Shown here: in pieces, positions 1 through 8,857 of the stretch
Layout of the letters: each line of letters begins with the position of its first letter
How positions within the stretch are numbered: position 1 is the stretch's first letter
Assembly: GCA_001822075.1 (NCBI GenBank)
Contig: MHPK01000006.1
Location: 58,977-122,976, forward strand
Source: Candidatus Staskawiczbacteria bacterium RIFOXYB1_FULL_38_37
GTDB lineage: Bacteria; Patescibacteriota; Minisyncoccia; Minisyncoccales; Staskawiczbacteraceae
DNA: 64,000 bases
Direction of reading: 5' to 3'
Program-made: the position numbers and the translations under genes
The notes under the pieces: generated by a model
The model's database searches: none
Told to the model about the DNA's origin: nothing
The model's input: the letters and a program-made list of their open reading frames with translations, nothing else

Positions 1-916
1 TCAAATTATCTTTTACCATTGTTTCTTCTACGTCCACAATTGCTGAATAAGTATCTCCTTTAAAATCTGTTGAAACCAATGGCGCTTCTTCAACTCTTAA
101 AATTCCTTTAAAATTTTCAGTTTCTGATGCATCTTTAAATGCTTTATTAACCTCTTCTTTGGTTGTTGCTTTTTCAACTTCCACAATTAAATCTAAAACA
201 GAAACTGTTGGAGTGGGCACCCTCATTGCAATGCCGTCTAATTTCCCGTTTAATTCCGGCATCATTTTTCCGATGGCTTTTGCCGCTCCCGTGCTTGTGG
301 GAATTATATTCATTGCCGCCGCCCTGGCTCTTCTTAAATCTTTGTGGGGCAAATCTAAAATTTTCTGGTCATTTGTATAGCTGTGGACCGTTGTCATAAA
401 CCCTTTTACAATTTTGAAATTGTCGTTTAAAACTTTGGCTATTGGAGCCAAGCAATTGGTTGTGCAAGAACCCATATCCATTATATCAACAGAGACCGAG
501 TCAAAATTATCAGCGTTGACCCCTAAAACAAATCCCGGCGTGTCTTTTGTAGGAGCTGAAATTATAACTTTTTTAGCTCCGGCATTAATGTGTTTTTTGG
601 CGCTCTCTGCATCGGTAAACAAACCCGTGCACTCTAAAACAATATCAACTTCAAGCTCTTTCCACGGCAGTTTTTCCGGGTCCTTTTCAGCTAACGTTTT
701 ATATTCTTTACCGCCCACAGAAATACTTTGCTCTGTATAGCTCACATCTTTATCTAAAATGCCATAAACAGAATCATATTTTAAAAGATGGGCCAAAGTT
801 TTATTATCTGTAAGGTCATTAATGGCGACAACCTTTAAATTTGGGTGTTTTTCTATTATTCTCCTGAATGTCTGACGTCCGATACGGCCAAACCCGTTTA
901 TTGCAATTTTAATCAT
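1..916 (-). CDS. gap: glyceraldehyde-3-phosphate dehydrogenase, N-terminal ~305 aa (C-terminus runs off the window start)
   Basis: Minus-strand translation from ATG at 916-914 gives MIKIAINGFGRIGRQ (NAD-binding GFGRIGR) and later SCTTNCLAP (catalytic Cys motif). No stop before position 1. Confidence 0.85.
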   Translation of the reverse strand, partial: MIKIAINGFGRIGRQTFRRIIEKHPNLKVVAINDLTDNKTLAHLLKYDSVYGILDKDVSYTEQSISVGGKEYKTLAEKDPEKLPWKELEVDIVLECTGLFTDAESAKKHINAGAKKVIISAPTKDTPGFVLGVNADNFDSVSVDIMDMGSCTTNCLAPIAKVLNDNFKIVKGFMTTVHSYTNDQKILDLPHKDLRRARAAAMNIIPTSTGAAKAIGKMMPELNGKLDGIAMRVPTPTVSVLDLIVEVEKATTKEEVNKAFKDASETENFKGILRVEEAPLVSTDFKGDTYSAIVDVEETMVKDNL

Positions 917-917
917 A

Positions 918-1148
918 CTAATTAATTTTTAATAGTTTGTCTATTTTTTCTTTGTCAAAGCCAACAATAATTTCTCCATCAATATCAACCACCGGAACAC
1001 CCATCTGACCAGAATCTTTTATCATAACTTCCAATTGTTTTTCATCTTTAGAAACATCAATGACCTCAAAATCAACGCTATGTTTTTTGAGATATTCTAT
1101 TAAAGTTTTGCAATATACGCATGTAGGAGTAGTATATATTTTTACCAT
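918..1148 (-). CDS. glutaredoxin/NrdH-like small redoxin
   Basis: 76 aa. CxxC active site near the N-terminus (TPTCVYCK) and a GVPVV..DG thioredoxin-fold motif. Confidence 0.7.
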   Translation of the reverse strand: MVKIYTTPTCVYCKTLIEYLKKHSVDFEVIDVSKDEKQLEVMIKDSGQMGVPVVDIDGEIIVGFDKEKIDKLLKIN

Positions 1149-1166
1149 TTTATTTAGAATATCTTA

Positions 1167-2225
1167 TTATTGGGCTGGAGCACAATTTGCTCCGCCGGCG
1201 CCGGAATTTCCAGAACTGCCTGCTCCGGCATATGTTTCAGAAAAAGAAGAAGCCGCTGAAGCTGTGTTCAAAGTTTGTGAACAAAAACCTGGCTGGGAAT
1301 TAAACGCCGCGCACACAATTGTTTTTACTGCGTCAGATGTTCTGCCTCCAAAATTAAACTCTGCTACTTTATTATCTCCTAAAATTAATGTCGGAGAGCC
1401 TGTCACTTCATATTTTTTTTCCAAATCAAAATCTTCTTTTGCATAAGCTACTCCTCTGCTGGTATCTGACATACAGGCTGACAATTTTGCCGAATCAATT
1501 CCTGTTGATTTTTCACAACCTGCTGTGTCGCCGCTCTTCATCTGGCAGGCAACATAACTCCAATATTTGCTCGCCTGTTCATCTCTAATGCAAATCTGCC
1601 TCAAGTTTTCCTGCGCTTCTGCATCTCCGTGCATAGCTGTAATAGTATTTCCCGAAACATTGCCCATATACCTTACTTTTATATATTGCGCTAATTGAGG
1701 AGCGCTGTTTACTGCGTCAGCCATTGCCCTCTGTATTTGAAGACCAAAAGGGCATCTTGAAACAACATATGCCTCTAACATTGGATTGTCTGTTTTTTGT
1801 ATTGCAGCTGCTGCCGCTTGTATCTCTTCTTCTGTTGGCTGAGTGCTGGCTGTTGTATTTGAATTATCAGCGCCGTCATCTTCCATTTTTAAAACCGATG
1901 GAAACAAAAGCTTCCCGTCTTTGGTTGCATAAGAGTCAAACTGGTTCCCGCCGATTTCCAGCTTAATTTTTACAAGCCCGCTTTCTTCTGAAACGTTCAC
2001 CAAAGAAGCTGTAGATCCCGCCAAGCCGTTATCATTTATATAATTTATTGCCTTTTCGGCAATTTTCTGGTTTGACATGCCAAAACCTAAAAACCCAGAC
2101 ACAGAAGAAGAAAATTCCGGATTTGAGTTGGCATAAATCAAGCCTCCCACTAAAAGAACGCCTATTACGGCAATCCCTATAAAAAACGTATTTTTGTTGA
2201 TGCCTTTAATGTTAAAATTTGCCAT
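1167..2225 (-). CDS. membrane-anchored thioredoxin-fold (DsbA-like) protein, Cys-rich C-terminal half
   Basis: N-terminal TM helix, then a soluble domain with a SRCPFG motif and multiple Cys. Family assignment is tentative. Confidence 0.4.
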   Translation of the reverse strand: MANFNIKGINKNTFFIGIAVIGVLLVGGLIYANSNPEFSSSVSGFLGFGMSNQKIAEKAINYINDNGLAGSTASLVNVSEESGLVKIKLEIGGNQFDSYATKDGKLLFPSVLKMEDDGADNSNTTASTQPTEEEIQAAAAAIQKTDNPMLEAYVVSRCPFGLQIQRAMADAVNSAPQLAQYIKVRYMGNVSGNTITAMHGDAEAQENLRQICIRDEQASKYWSYVACQMKSGDTAGCEKSTGIDSAKLSACMSDTSRGVAYAKEDFDLEKKYEVTGSPTLILGDNKVAEFNFGGRTSDAVKTIVCAAFNSQPGFCSQTLNTASAASSFSETYAGAGSSGNSGAGGANCAPAQ

Positions 2226-2332
2226 TTTTTTTAAGCTGTTAACTGTTAACTTGTTAATGGTAATTCAACCTTAAACAATAAACTATTCACAGCTGTTAAA
2301 TTATATAGATTGATTATAATATATTTTTAAAT

Positions 2333-2935
2333 TTATGCAAATTTAGTGTAATTTTTGCTGTTAAAATCGTATTTCACAAGCGCGCCGAAAGGAAGCTCAA
2401 GATTAATTATATCATGGTCGGATATATTCTCAATATATTTTACTATCGCCCTTAAACTGTTATGGCTTGCAACCAATAGAACATTTTTGCCGTCTTTTAA
2501 ATCTTTTTCAACATATTTTTTAAAAAAAGGAACTGCCCTATCGCAAACATCTTCTAACGATTCTCCGCCCGGAGGTGCAATATTATAGCTTCTGCGCCAC
2601 AAATGCACTTTTTCTACGCCGTATTTTTTAATTGTTTCGTTTTTGTTCAAACCCGTAAGCTCCCCGTAATTTCTCTCGTCTAAAGCCTTATCAAAAACAA
2701 TGGGCAAGTCCTTTATATTCAAACTTTTTAAAATTAAAAAAACCGTCTCTTTATTTCTTATCAAGGGCGAAGTAAAAATTTTATCAATTTCAAAGCCTTC
2801 CAGGCCTCTTGAAATGTCTTTTGCTGAATCAATGCCTTCTTTGCATAAGGGCACGTCAGTCCAGCCTGTAAACTTATTTTCTAAATTCCACTGAGATTTT
2901 AAGTGCCTCAATAAGAATAGTTTTGACATAGTCAA
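2333..2935 (-). CDS. gpmA: 2,3-bisphosphoglycerate-dependent phosphoglycerate mutase (histidine phosphatase family)
   Basis: LFLLRHLKSQWN (RHG-type catalytic motif variant) followed by FTGWTDVPL, and length, match dPGM. Confidence 0.8.
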   Translation of the reverse strand: MTMSKLFLLRHLKSQWNLENKFTGWTDVPLCKEGIDSAKDISRGLEGFEIDKIFTSPLIRNKETVFLILKSLNIKDLPIVFDKALDERNYGELTGLNKNETIKKYGVEKVHLWRRSYNIAPPGGESLEDVCDRAVPFFKKYVEKDLKDGKNVLLVASHNSLRAIVKYIENISDHDIINLELPFGALVKYDFNSKNYTKFA

Positions 2936-3036
2936 AACAATTTTTAATTTTAAATTCTAAATTTTAAATGAAAAAACTTAATTTTTAATGTTTTAAACAT
3001 TTAGATATTTAGATTTGATTTAAAATTTAAAATTTG

Positions 3037-4287
3037 TTATTTAAAATTTTTATTTATCTCGTCTTCAATGTCCAACAACCTTTTATATTTTACCATTCTT
3101 TCTTCTTTTGCGGGAGAGCCTGATTTTATAAAATCAGCTCCTATGCCGACAGAAAAATCTGCAATAAAATCATCCATTGTTTCTCCGGACCTGTGGCTTA
3201 CAATTGTTTTCCAGCTAAATGATTTTGCAAGGTTTGAGGCTTCCACAGCTTCTGTAACACTGCCTATCTGGTTTGGCTTTATTATTACAGCATTGCAGGC
3301 TTTTTTATTATGCGCCTCTTTTATTTTTTCTGAATTAGTTGTTGTGAGGTCGTCTCCCGCCACAATAAATTCCCCACTCCTATGCGTCGGAGCGTAGGAG
3401 CGCGACAGCTTCATTATTTCTTCAAAACCCTGCCAATCGTTTTCTGCAAACGGGTCTTCTATAGAAATAATACAAAATCTCTCTGCTAAATCCTGATAAA
3501 ATTCTAAAAGTTCTGTCCTTGTCAATTCCTGGCCGTCTAAAGCATATTTGTTATCTTTATAAAATTCGGAAGCAGCGCAATCTAAAGCAATTTTTACCGG
3601 CTCATGGCTTATTGCATTTTGAAGTAAAAATAATGCCTGCTCTGTTTTAGAAATATCAGGCGCAAAACCCCCTTCATCCCCTAACTTTGCCGATTTATAA
3701 TTTTTTTCTACTAACTCTTTTAGGGCATTAAAAATTTTATTGCACAAAATCAGATTTTCTGCAAAAGTTTCTTTTTGCGGAACTGCCATAAATTCTTGAA
3801 TGGCCAATCCATTATCTGCGTGCCTGCCTCCATTTAAAATATTAAACATAGCTTTTGGAATTTTGAATTTGGAATTTGGAATTTTGAATCCAGAAAATTC
3901 TGCAATATGCTGGTATGGCGGAATTTTTTTTGCAGCAGCTCCTGCCCGGCACACAGCCATTGAAACTCCCAAAATTGCATTTGCTCCCAGCTTTGACTTA
4001 TTTTTCGTTCCATCCAACTCATTCATTATATTATCTATTTCTGCCTGATTTTGAGGGTTTAAGTTTTTTAATTTTGGCGCTATTATATTGTTTACGTTTA
4101 AAATGGCTGTTTTGACTCCTTTTCCGTCAGCATCCCGCAATTCCAGCGCCTCATTTTCACCGGTTGAAGCGCCAGAAGGAACTGAAGCTAAAAATACTCC
4201 TTTATCTGTTTCAAGTTCTACCTCAAGGGTAGGATTCCCTCTGGAATCTTTTATTCCTTTTGCGATTATGCTTTTTATCTTGCTCAT
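3037..4287 (-). CDS. eno: enolase
   Basis: MSKIKSIIAKGIKDSRGNPTLEVEL...SGASTGENEALELRD. Full-length enolase signature throughout. Confidence 0.95.
   Translation of the reverse strand: MSKIKSIIAKGIKDSRGNPTLEVELETDKGVFLASVPSGASTGENEALELRDADGKGVKTAILNVNNIIAPKLKNLNPQNQAEIDNIMNELDGTKNKSKLGANAILGVSMAVCRAGAAAKKIPPYQHIAEFSGFKIPNSKFKIPKAMFNILNGGRHADNGLAIQEFMAVPQKETFAENLILCNKIFNALKELVEKNYKSAKLGDEGGFAPDISKTEQALFLLQNAISHEPVKIALDCAASEFYKDNKYALDGQELTRTELLEFYQDLAERFCIISIEDPFAENDWQGFEEIMKLSRSYAPTHRSGEFIVAGDDLTTTNSEKIKEAHNKKACNAVIIKPNQIGSVTEAVEASNLAKSFSWKTIVSHRSGETMDDFIADFSVGIGADFIKSGSPAKEERMVKYKRLLDIEDEINKNFK
3855..3889. repeat. 5 x 7-nt tandem heptad (ttggaat/tttgaat; sense strand ATTC[AC]AA) inside eno, in frame (encodes FKIPNSKFKIPK)
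   Basis: Direct reading of ttggaattttgaatttggaatttggaattttgaat. The same heptad family recurs in gatA and in the rpsM-rpsK spacer. Confidence 0.8.
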
Positions 4288-5213
4288 TAAGGCTTTGTTT
4301 TTAAAATATAGTCGTAGGCTGACAGGGCAGCTTTTGCCCCTTCGCCGGCTGCCGCTATAATCTGCTTGTATTTTCCCTTGTTGCAGTCGCCTGCCGCAAA
4401 AATGCCCGGAGTTTTTGTGACGTATGTTTCCAAATCCGTTATAATTTCGTCTCTGTCTGAAAAATCAACAAGATTTTTTACAAAGGCTGTTGCTGGCAAA
4501 TACCCTATTTCAATAAATACTCCGCTGACATCCAATTTTTTTTCTTGGCTGGATTTTGTATCTTTATAAGTTAAAGATTTTACAAAATTATCGCCCTTAA
4601 TATTCAGAACTTTTGCGTTTGTTGTCACTTCTGCTTTTCCTAATTTTAAAACTATATCCTGGTTTTCTTTATCTGCTATCACCTTATCTGAAGATTCCAA
4701 AATATAAATTTTACTGACGTAATTGGACAAAAACGAAGCTGTCTCAAAGCCGGAATTTCCTCCTCCAATTACAGCCACTGTTTTGTTCTTAAAAACAGGA
4801 CCGTCGCACAATGCGCAATAGCTCACCCCTTTGCCGATAAATTCCTTTTCGCCCTCAACTTCAAGCGGCCTGGGGTCAGACCCCGTAGCTATAATTAAAG
4901 CTAAAGTTTCATAAGTATTGCCAGATTTTGTTGATATAAAAAATTTATTTTCTTTTTTTTCTATCTTTAGAACTTCATCTAATGCAATTTCAATTTCATT
5001 TTCCTTCAACTGTTCTTCAAAAACTTTTGCCAAATCGGGCCCTGAAATTTTTGCAAATCCCGGGTAGTTTCCAATATCAACAGCTTTTTTTGCGACTTGG
5101 CCTCCGACATCTTTTGAAATTATCAAAAAATTAAGCTTTTGCCTGGCGCTGTATATTGCAGCTGATATGCCAGCAGGGCCTGCTCCTATTATTATTAGGT
5201 CATAAATCATTTT
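4287..5213 (-). CDS. trxB: thioredoxin-disulfide reductase (FAD/NAD(P)-binding)
   Basis: IIGAGPAGISAA dinucleotide fold and a CALC redox-active disulfide motif. Start trimmed to MIYDLIIIG (track ORF extends 35 aa further upstream). Confidence 0.8.
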   Translation of the reverse strand, partial: KMIYDLIIIGAGPAGISAAIYSARQKLNFLIISKDVGGQVAKKAVDIGNYPGFAKISGPDLAKVFEEQLKENEIEIALDEVLKIEKKENKFFISTKSGNTYETLALIIATGSDPRPLEVEGEKEFIGKGVSYCALCDGPVFKNKTVAVIGGGNSGFETASFLSNYVSKIYILESSDKVIADKENQDIVLKLGKAEVTTNAKVLNIKGDNFVKSLTYKDTKSSQEKKLDVSGVFIEIGYLPATAFVKNLVDFSDRDEIITDLETYVTKTPGIFAAGDCNKGKYKQIIAAAGEGAKAALSAYDYILKTKP

Positions 5214-6091
5214 ATTGTTTTTATGTAATCTTTTAATTCTTTTGCAAATCTTGGATCGCGGAGCGCGAAGTAAAAAAAGGATTTTAGCCATTTTTCCTTG
5301 TCCCCGCACTCCAGCCATTCGCCCTTTAGCTCATAGCCATAAATCATTTTTCCATCATTAAGCATTTTATCAAAAACTTCAGCCAAAATTATCTCCCCCT
5401 TTTTTGAGGGTTTCGCATTTTTAAGATAGCCGAAAATATCCGGAGTCAAGATATATTTGCCGACAATCACAAGGTTTGAAGGAATTTTTGACGGTTCGGG
5501 CTTTTCTATAATTTTTTTGATTTTGTACAGGCGATTTGCAATTTTTTCAACTGCAACAGCTCCGTAGGCCGGAACTTTTTCTGTTGGCATAGACTTTAAA
5601 GCAAGCACTGGAGCCGAACAAGTTTTGAAAATATTGGCAAGCTGGAGCAAAGCGGGTTCTGCAGAATCAATAACGTCATCTCCAAAAGACAATGCCACAG
5701 ATTCGCCTTTTACTTTGCCGGCCGCCTGTAAAACCGCATGCCCGTCGCCCAAAGGCTCTTTTTGTATAACATAAGAAAACTTCACGCCCTCTATCATTGA
5801 TTCAAAATCTTTGTAATCTTTGAGCTGTTTTTCTTTTTTCCGCTTTATAAGAAGTTTCTCTAAGTCCGGAGCTTTTTTGAAATATTCTAAAATGGTTTTT
5901 TGGCCAGGGCTCAAAACAAAAATTATTTCCTTTATGCCGGATTTTATAACTTCTTCTGCCACATATTGGATTACTGGCTTGTCAACCAGCGGAAAAAGGT
6001 CTTTTGATAAAACCCTTGACATGGGTAAAAATCTTGTGCCGAGCCCAGCCACAGGAACAATTGCTTTTTTTATATCGCTCATACTTCGCAA
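5207..6091 (-). CDS. galU: UTP--glucose-1-phosphate uridylyltransferase
   Basis: KAIVPVAGLGTRFLP nucleotidyltransferase motif with GalU-type layout. It overlaps trxB by 7 nt. Confidence 0.8.
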   Translation of the reverse strand: MRSMSDIKKAIVPVAGLGTRFLPMSRVLSKDLFPLVDKPVIQYVAEEVIKSGIKEIIFVLSPGQKTILEYFKKAPDLEKLLIKRKKEKQLKDYKDFESMIEGVKFSYVIQKEPLGDGHAVLQAAGKVKGESVALSFGDDVIDSAEPALLQLANIFKTCSAPVLALKSMPTEKVPAYGAVAVEKIANRLYKIKKIIEKPEPSKIPSNLVIVGKYILTPDIFGYLKNAKPSKKGEIILAEVFDKMLNDGKMIYGYELKGEWLECGDKEKWLKSFFYFALRDPRFAKELKDYIKTIK

Positions 6092-6093
6092 TT

Positions 6094-6192
6094 GCGATAC
6101 TAATATACTAATTCATGCTAATTATACTAATGTGTGATACGAATTATATTTATTCGCATCATTAGTATGCATTCGCATATTGGCATCGCATT
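6094..6192. repeat. repeat family A copy 1 (~99 bp imperfect palindromic intergenic element)
   Basis: gcgatactaatatactaattcatgctaattatactaatgtgtgatacgaatt...ttcgcatcattagtatgcattcgcatattggcatcgcatta is nearly identical to 12756-12855. A 36-bp reverse-oriented fragment sits at 37902-37937. Confidence 0.85.
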
Positions 6193-7873
6193 ACTTGTTA
6201 AATTTTACTCTTCTCAAAAAAGCTGGAATTTCCCATTCTTTTTCCTGCGCCACTCTCTTTTTTTCTTCCTGTTCTTGCACTTTTTTGACGTCAAGCCCGC
6301 TCCTTCTTATGGCTTTTTTGGCGGGAGCTGAAAATTCTTCAACAATACTTAACCTTTTTTCACCAGCTGGCGACAAACCGGCTGAAACCGACGTATTGCC
6401 GAAAACAGGCGCTAAAATTTGGCCATCCTGTTTTTCTGTCGGCTTTTGGGAACTGCCGGATTTTTTTGCGCCGGGCTTTTTTGTTTTCTTTTGCTTGTTT
6501 TTCTTTTCAGCAATGCTAATTTTCTTTTTTGGCTTTTCGGGCTTTGCGGCTTCCGGCCCTGAAACTTCTTTTATAATTGGGCTCTCAAACTCGTCTTCTA
6601 TAAATTTGCCTCCGGCTGCCCTGCCTGTCATTAAAATTGTAGTTTTTATTTTATTTTTTAATTTATGGTTTTTTGAAATGCCAAAAATAATTTTGGCTGC
6701 GGGGTTTGACTCTGCAATATGCCTGCTGATTTTTTCAACTTCAAACATTGAAAGGGTGTCGGACCCTGATATATTAAACAGAATTTTTTCAGCCTGAAAT
6801 TTACTGCTCTGCAGCAAAGGATTTAACAAAACGTTTTTGCAAATTTTATCTGCCCTATCTTTGCCAGACTCTTCAATGGTGTTTAAAAAAGACATATTTC
6901 CCCTGCCCCTCAAAATCGTCCTTAAATCAGCAAAGTCTATATTTATAACTCCTGGATTATAAATCAAATTTATCAGGCTTTCCAAAGAGTCCGTAAGGCT
7001 TTTGTTTACAACAGAAAAAGCTTGGGTAATGGGAGTGTTGGCATTTATAATTTTAAATATCTTTTCGTTCGGTATTACCAATGAAACGTTTAAAAGCGGC
7101 TTTAATGCCCTTAATGCGTTTTGGGCTGTTTTATGCTTGCTTTTTCCTTCAAATTTAAAGGGCATTGTAAATATCCCAAAAGTTATTACTCCGCAATCGC
7201 GGGCAATTTCAGCAAAAACTTGCGCAGCTCCAGAACCTAATCCCCCGCCCAATGAAGCAATTAAAATTACAATATCCTGGCCTTTCAAAATGCTTTCTAC
7301 TTTTTCTTTTGCCTGCAAAGCTGCTTTTTTTCCGAGCTCTAAATTGGACCCAGTTCCCAGTCCGCGAGTTAAATTTTCTCCGAACCAAAAATATTTTAAT
7401 CCAGGCCTTTTCTTAAGAGCCCTGATGTCTGTGTCTGCCACAAGAAAGCTTGCTCTTGGCAAAGACCTTCCTATTTCAGAAACAATTGACCCTCCCCCGC
7501 CGCCAATTCCAACAACCTTAATTTTTGCCTTAAATAAAGATTCATCGCGAGAGTCGGCTAGTTTTGTCTGGGGTTGAACTATTTTTCGTTTTTCCGCAAT
7601 ACTCTTTTTAATTATTTTTTTCGTCTTTTTAGATTTTTTAACTTTTACCTGTTTTTTTACGGCTTTAGATACTTTTTTTACCCGGTTAAATAATTTCTTT
7701 TTGGAAGAAATTATCGTTTTGCGGTATTTAATCGGGTGAATCTTTTTTATGTTTTTTTTGGCCTTTGGTTTTTTAGCTAAAAACTTCCTGCTTTTTACAG
7801 GCTTTGTTTTTTTTACAGCTTTGCGATGTTTAACTGAATAAATTTTTAGTCTTGCCTTTTTTGGTTTGGCCAT
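6191..7873 (-). CDS. ftsZ: cell division protein FtsZ with ~125-aa Lys-rich N-terminal extension and long basic C-terminal linker
   Basis: VGIGGGGGS and GGGLGSGAAQVFAEIAR tubulin/FtsZ GTP-binding motifs, plus the C-terminal IPAFLRR peptide. The N-terminus is a histone-H1-like K-rich tail. Confidence 0.85.
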   Translation of the reverse strand: MAKPKKARLKIYSVKHRKAVKKTKPVKSRKFLAKKPKAKKNIKKIHPIKYRKTIISSKKKLFNRVKKVSKAVKKQVKVKKSKKTKKIIKKSIAEKRKIVQPQTKLADSRDESLFKAKIKVVGIGGGGGSIVSEIGRSLPRASFLVADTDIRALKKRPGLKYFWFGENLTRGLGTGSNLELGKKAALQAKEKVESILKGQDIVILIASLGGGLGSGAAQVFAEIARDCGVITFGIFTMPFKFEGKSKHKTAQNALRALKPLLNVSLVIPNEKIFKIINANTPITQAFSVVNKSLTDSLESLINLIYNPGVINIDFADLRTILRGRGNMSFLNTIEESGKDRADKICKNVLLNPLLQSSKFQAEKILFNISGSDTLSMFEVEKISRHIAESNPAAKIIFGISKNHKLKNKIKTTILMTGRAAGGKFIEDEFESPIIKEVSGPEAAKPEKPKKKISIAEKKNKQKKTKKPGAKKSGSSQKPTEKQDGQILAPVFGNTSVSAGLSPAGEKRLSIVEEFSAPAKKAIRRSGLDVKKVQEQEEKKRVAQEKEWEIPAFLRRVKFNK

Positions 7874-7912
7874 TATATTATGTTAACTGCTTATAGAATT
7901 AAATCAAGTGCC

Positions 7913-7947
7913 AAACAAAAAAATAGCTGTTGGACTTTCCAACAGCT
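7913..7947 (-). terminator. intrinsic terminator downstream of the pyrE-like/pyrF unit
   Basis: On the minus strand, agctgttggaaagtccaacagct hairpin followed by a T-run, just 3' of the stop at 8007. Confidence 0.6.
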
Positions 7948-8006
7948 TATATCGCTATTTTCAGCAAATGATTTGCCGTTTCTTTATTTGTTTCCTTCCC
8001 GCCGCG

Positions 8007-8831
8007 CTACGTCTCCTGGATGAAACTCAAACGGGTTAAAAATTCTTTGCCTTTGCCAAGATCAATGCGAACTGATTTTAACCCGCGTTCCTTGCAAATG
8101 GGACATTCGTCCTCCGGAAACATTTCCATATTCAGATTAAGCAAAGAAAACAATTCCGGAACCCCGAGGGTTTGGGCGGTCACTTTTCCTCCGCTTCTGT
8201 TGCAGAGACATCCAACGCCAATAACCTCGCCTTCAGCTTCCAAAACAGCATCGCGCGTTTTGGCAACAGTGAGGCCGGAGTTGATAACATCTTCAACAAT
8301 CAGGCATCGCTTGCCTTTAACAAGTTTGGCATATCCGCGTTTAATAACGCGTCGAGTGCCTATTTTTTCACGGTAGAATGCAGAGGTAAACCGGGCTACA
8401 GGATCGAGCACAATGCTTACATCACCGACAGCGCTAAACTTGAATTCCAAAAAAGATTGTATCCCCACGTCATTCCTGTTCACTTCTTTTTGCTCTAAAA
8501 CATCCTCTTCGTCAGCGCAGATAGCAAAAACTTCTATGCCTGGCGAAAGAACTTCTTCTGAAAGAGTCAGAAAATGAGCTGTCCATTGCGACAAGCTCAC
8601 AGCTCCGACCGTAGGTCCAACTACGACATCTACATGTTCATGTTTGAAGTGCTGGGCGATATCACGAGCCAGCAACCTGACAAACTTTGTGTGCGGATAA
8701 ATCGCATCTTTGTTTACATATTCTCGGCCATGATACCAGCCATCTGCTTTTTTTGCATAAACAAAATGGTCGTCCGTAATTATCGCTTCAGCTTCCGCAA
8801 AAATCTGTTTTAGCTCAATCTCGCTTAACAT
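8007..8831 (-). CDS. pyrE: phosphoribosyltransferase, orotate-PRTase-like
   Basis: PRPP-binding motif RCLIVEDVINSGLT. Adjacent to pyrF. GC content is clearly above the window average. Confidence 0.55.
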   Translation of the reverse strand: MLSEIELKQIFAEAEAIITDDHFVYAKKADGWYHGREYVNKDAIYPHTKFVRLLARDIAQHFKHEHVDVVVGPTVGAVSLSQWTAHFLTLSEEVLSPGIEVFAICADEEDVLEQKEVNRNDVGIQSFLEFKFSAVGDVSIVLDPVARFTSAFYREKIGTRRVIKRGYAKLVKGKRCLIVEDVINSGLTVAKTRDAVLEAEGEVIGVGCLCNRSGGKVTAQTLGVPELFSLLNLNMEMFPEDECPICKERGLKSVRIDLGKGKEFLTRLSFIQET

Positions 8832-8857
8832 ATTGCACCTCCTTTCAAGGTTTGCAT

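Noticed and set aside
2936-3036. AT-rich tandem tttaaaat/atttaga repeats upstream of gpmA (similar at 43888-43950 and 45905-45960)
   Set aside because: Probably generic A/T-tract promoter-upstream sequence in an AT-rich genome. No defined unit or conservation beyond low complexity, so not reported as a feature.
4287-5318. Track ORF start for trxB at 5318 (35-aa N-terminal extension MAGVRGQGKMAKILF...)
   Set aside because: The extension overlaps galU by >100 nt and precedes the Rossmann fold. The internal ATG at 5213 (MIYDLIIIGAGPAG) gives the canonical N-terminus with a 7-nt overlap.
6180-7577. Plus-strand ORFs 6180..6797 and 7002..7577 (and similar antisense ORFs such as 23278..23853, 35255..35737, 39144..39650, 40757..41409, 47577..47942, 61648..62103)
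   Set aside because: Each lies antisense to or out of frame within a well-supported minus-strand gene (ftsZ, mreB, murA, rplQ/rpoA, rpsD/rpsK, recJ-like, membrane protein). Low-complexity or hydrophobic translations with no motif support.
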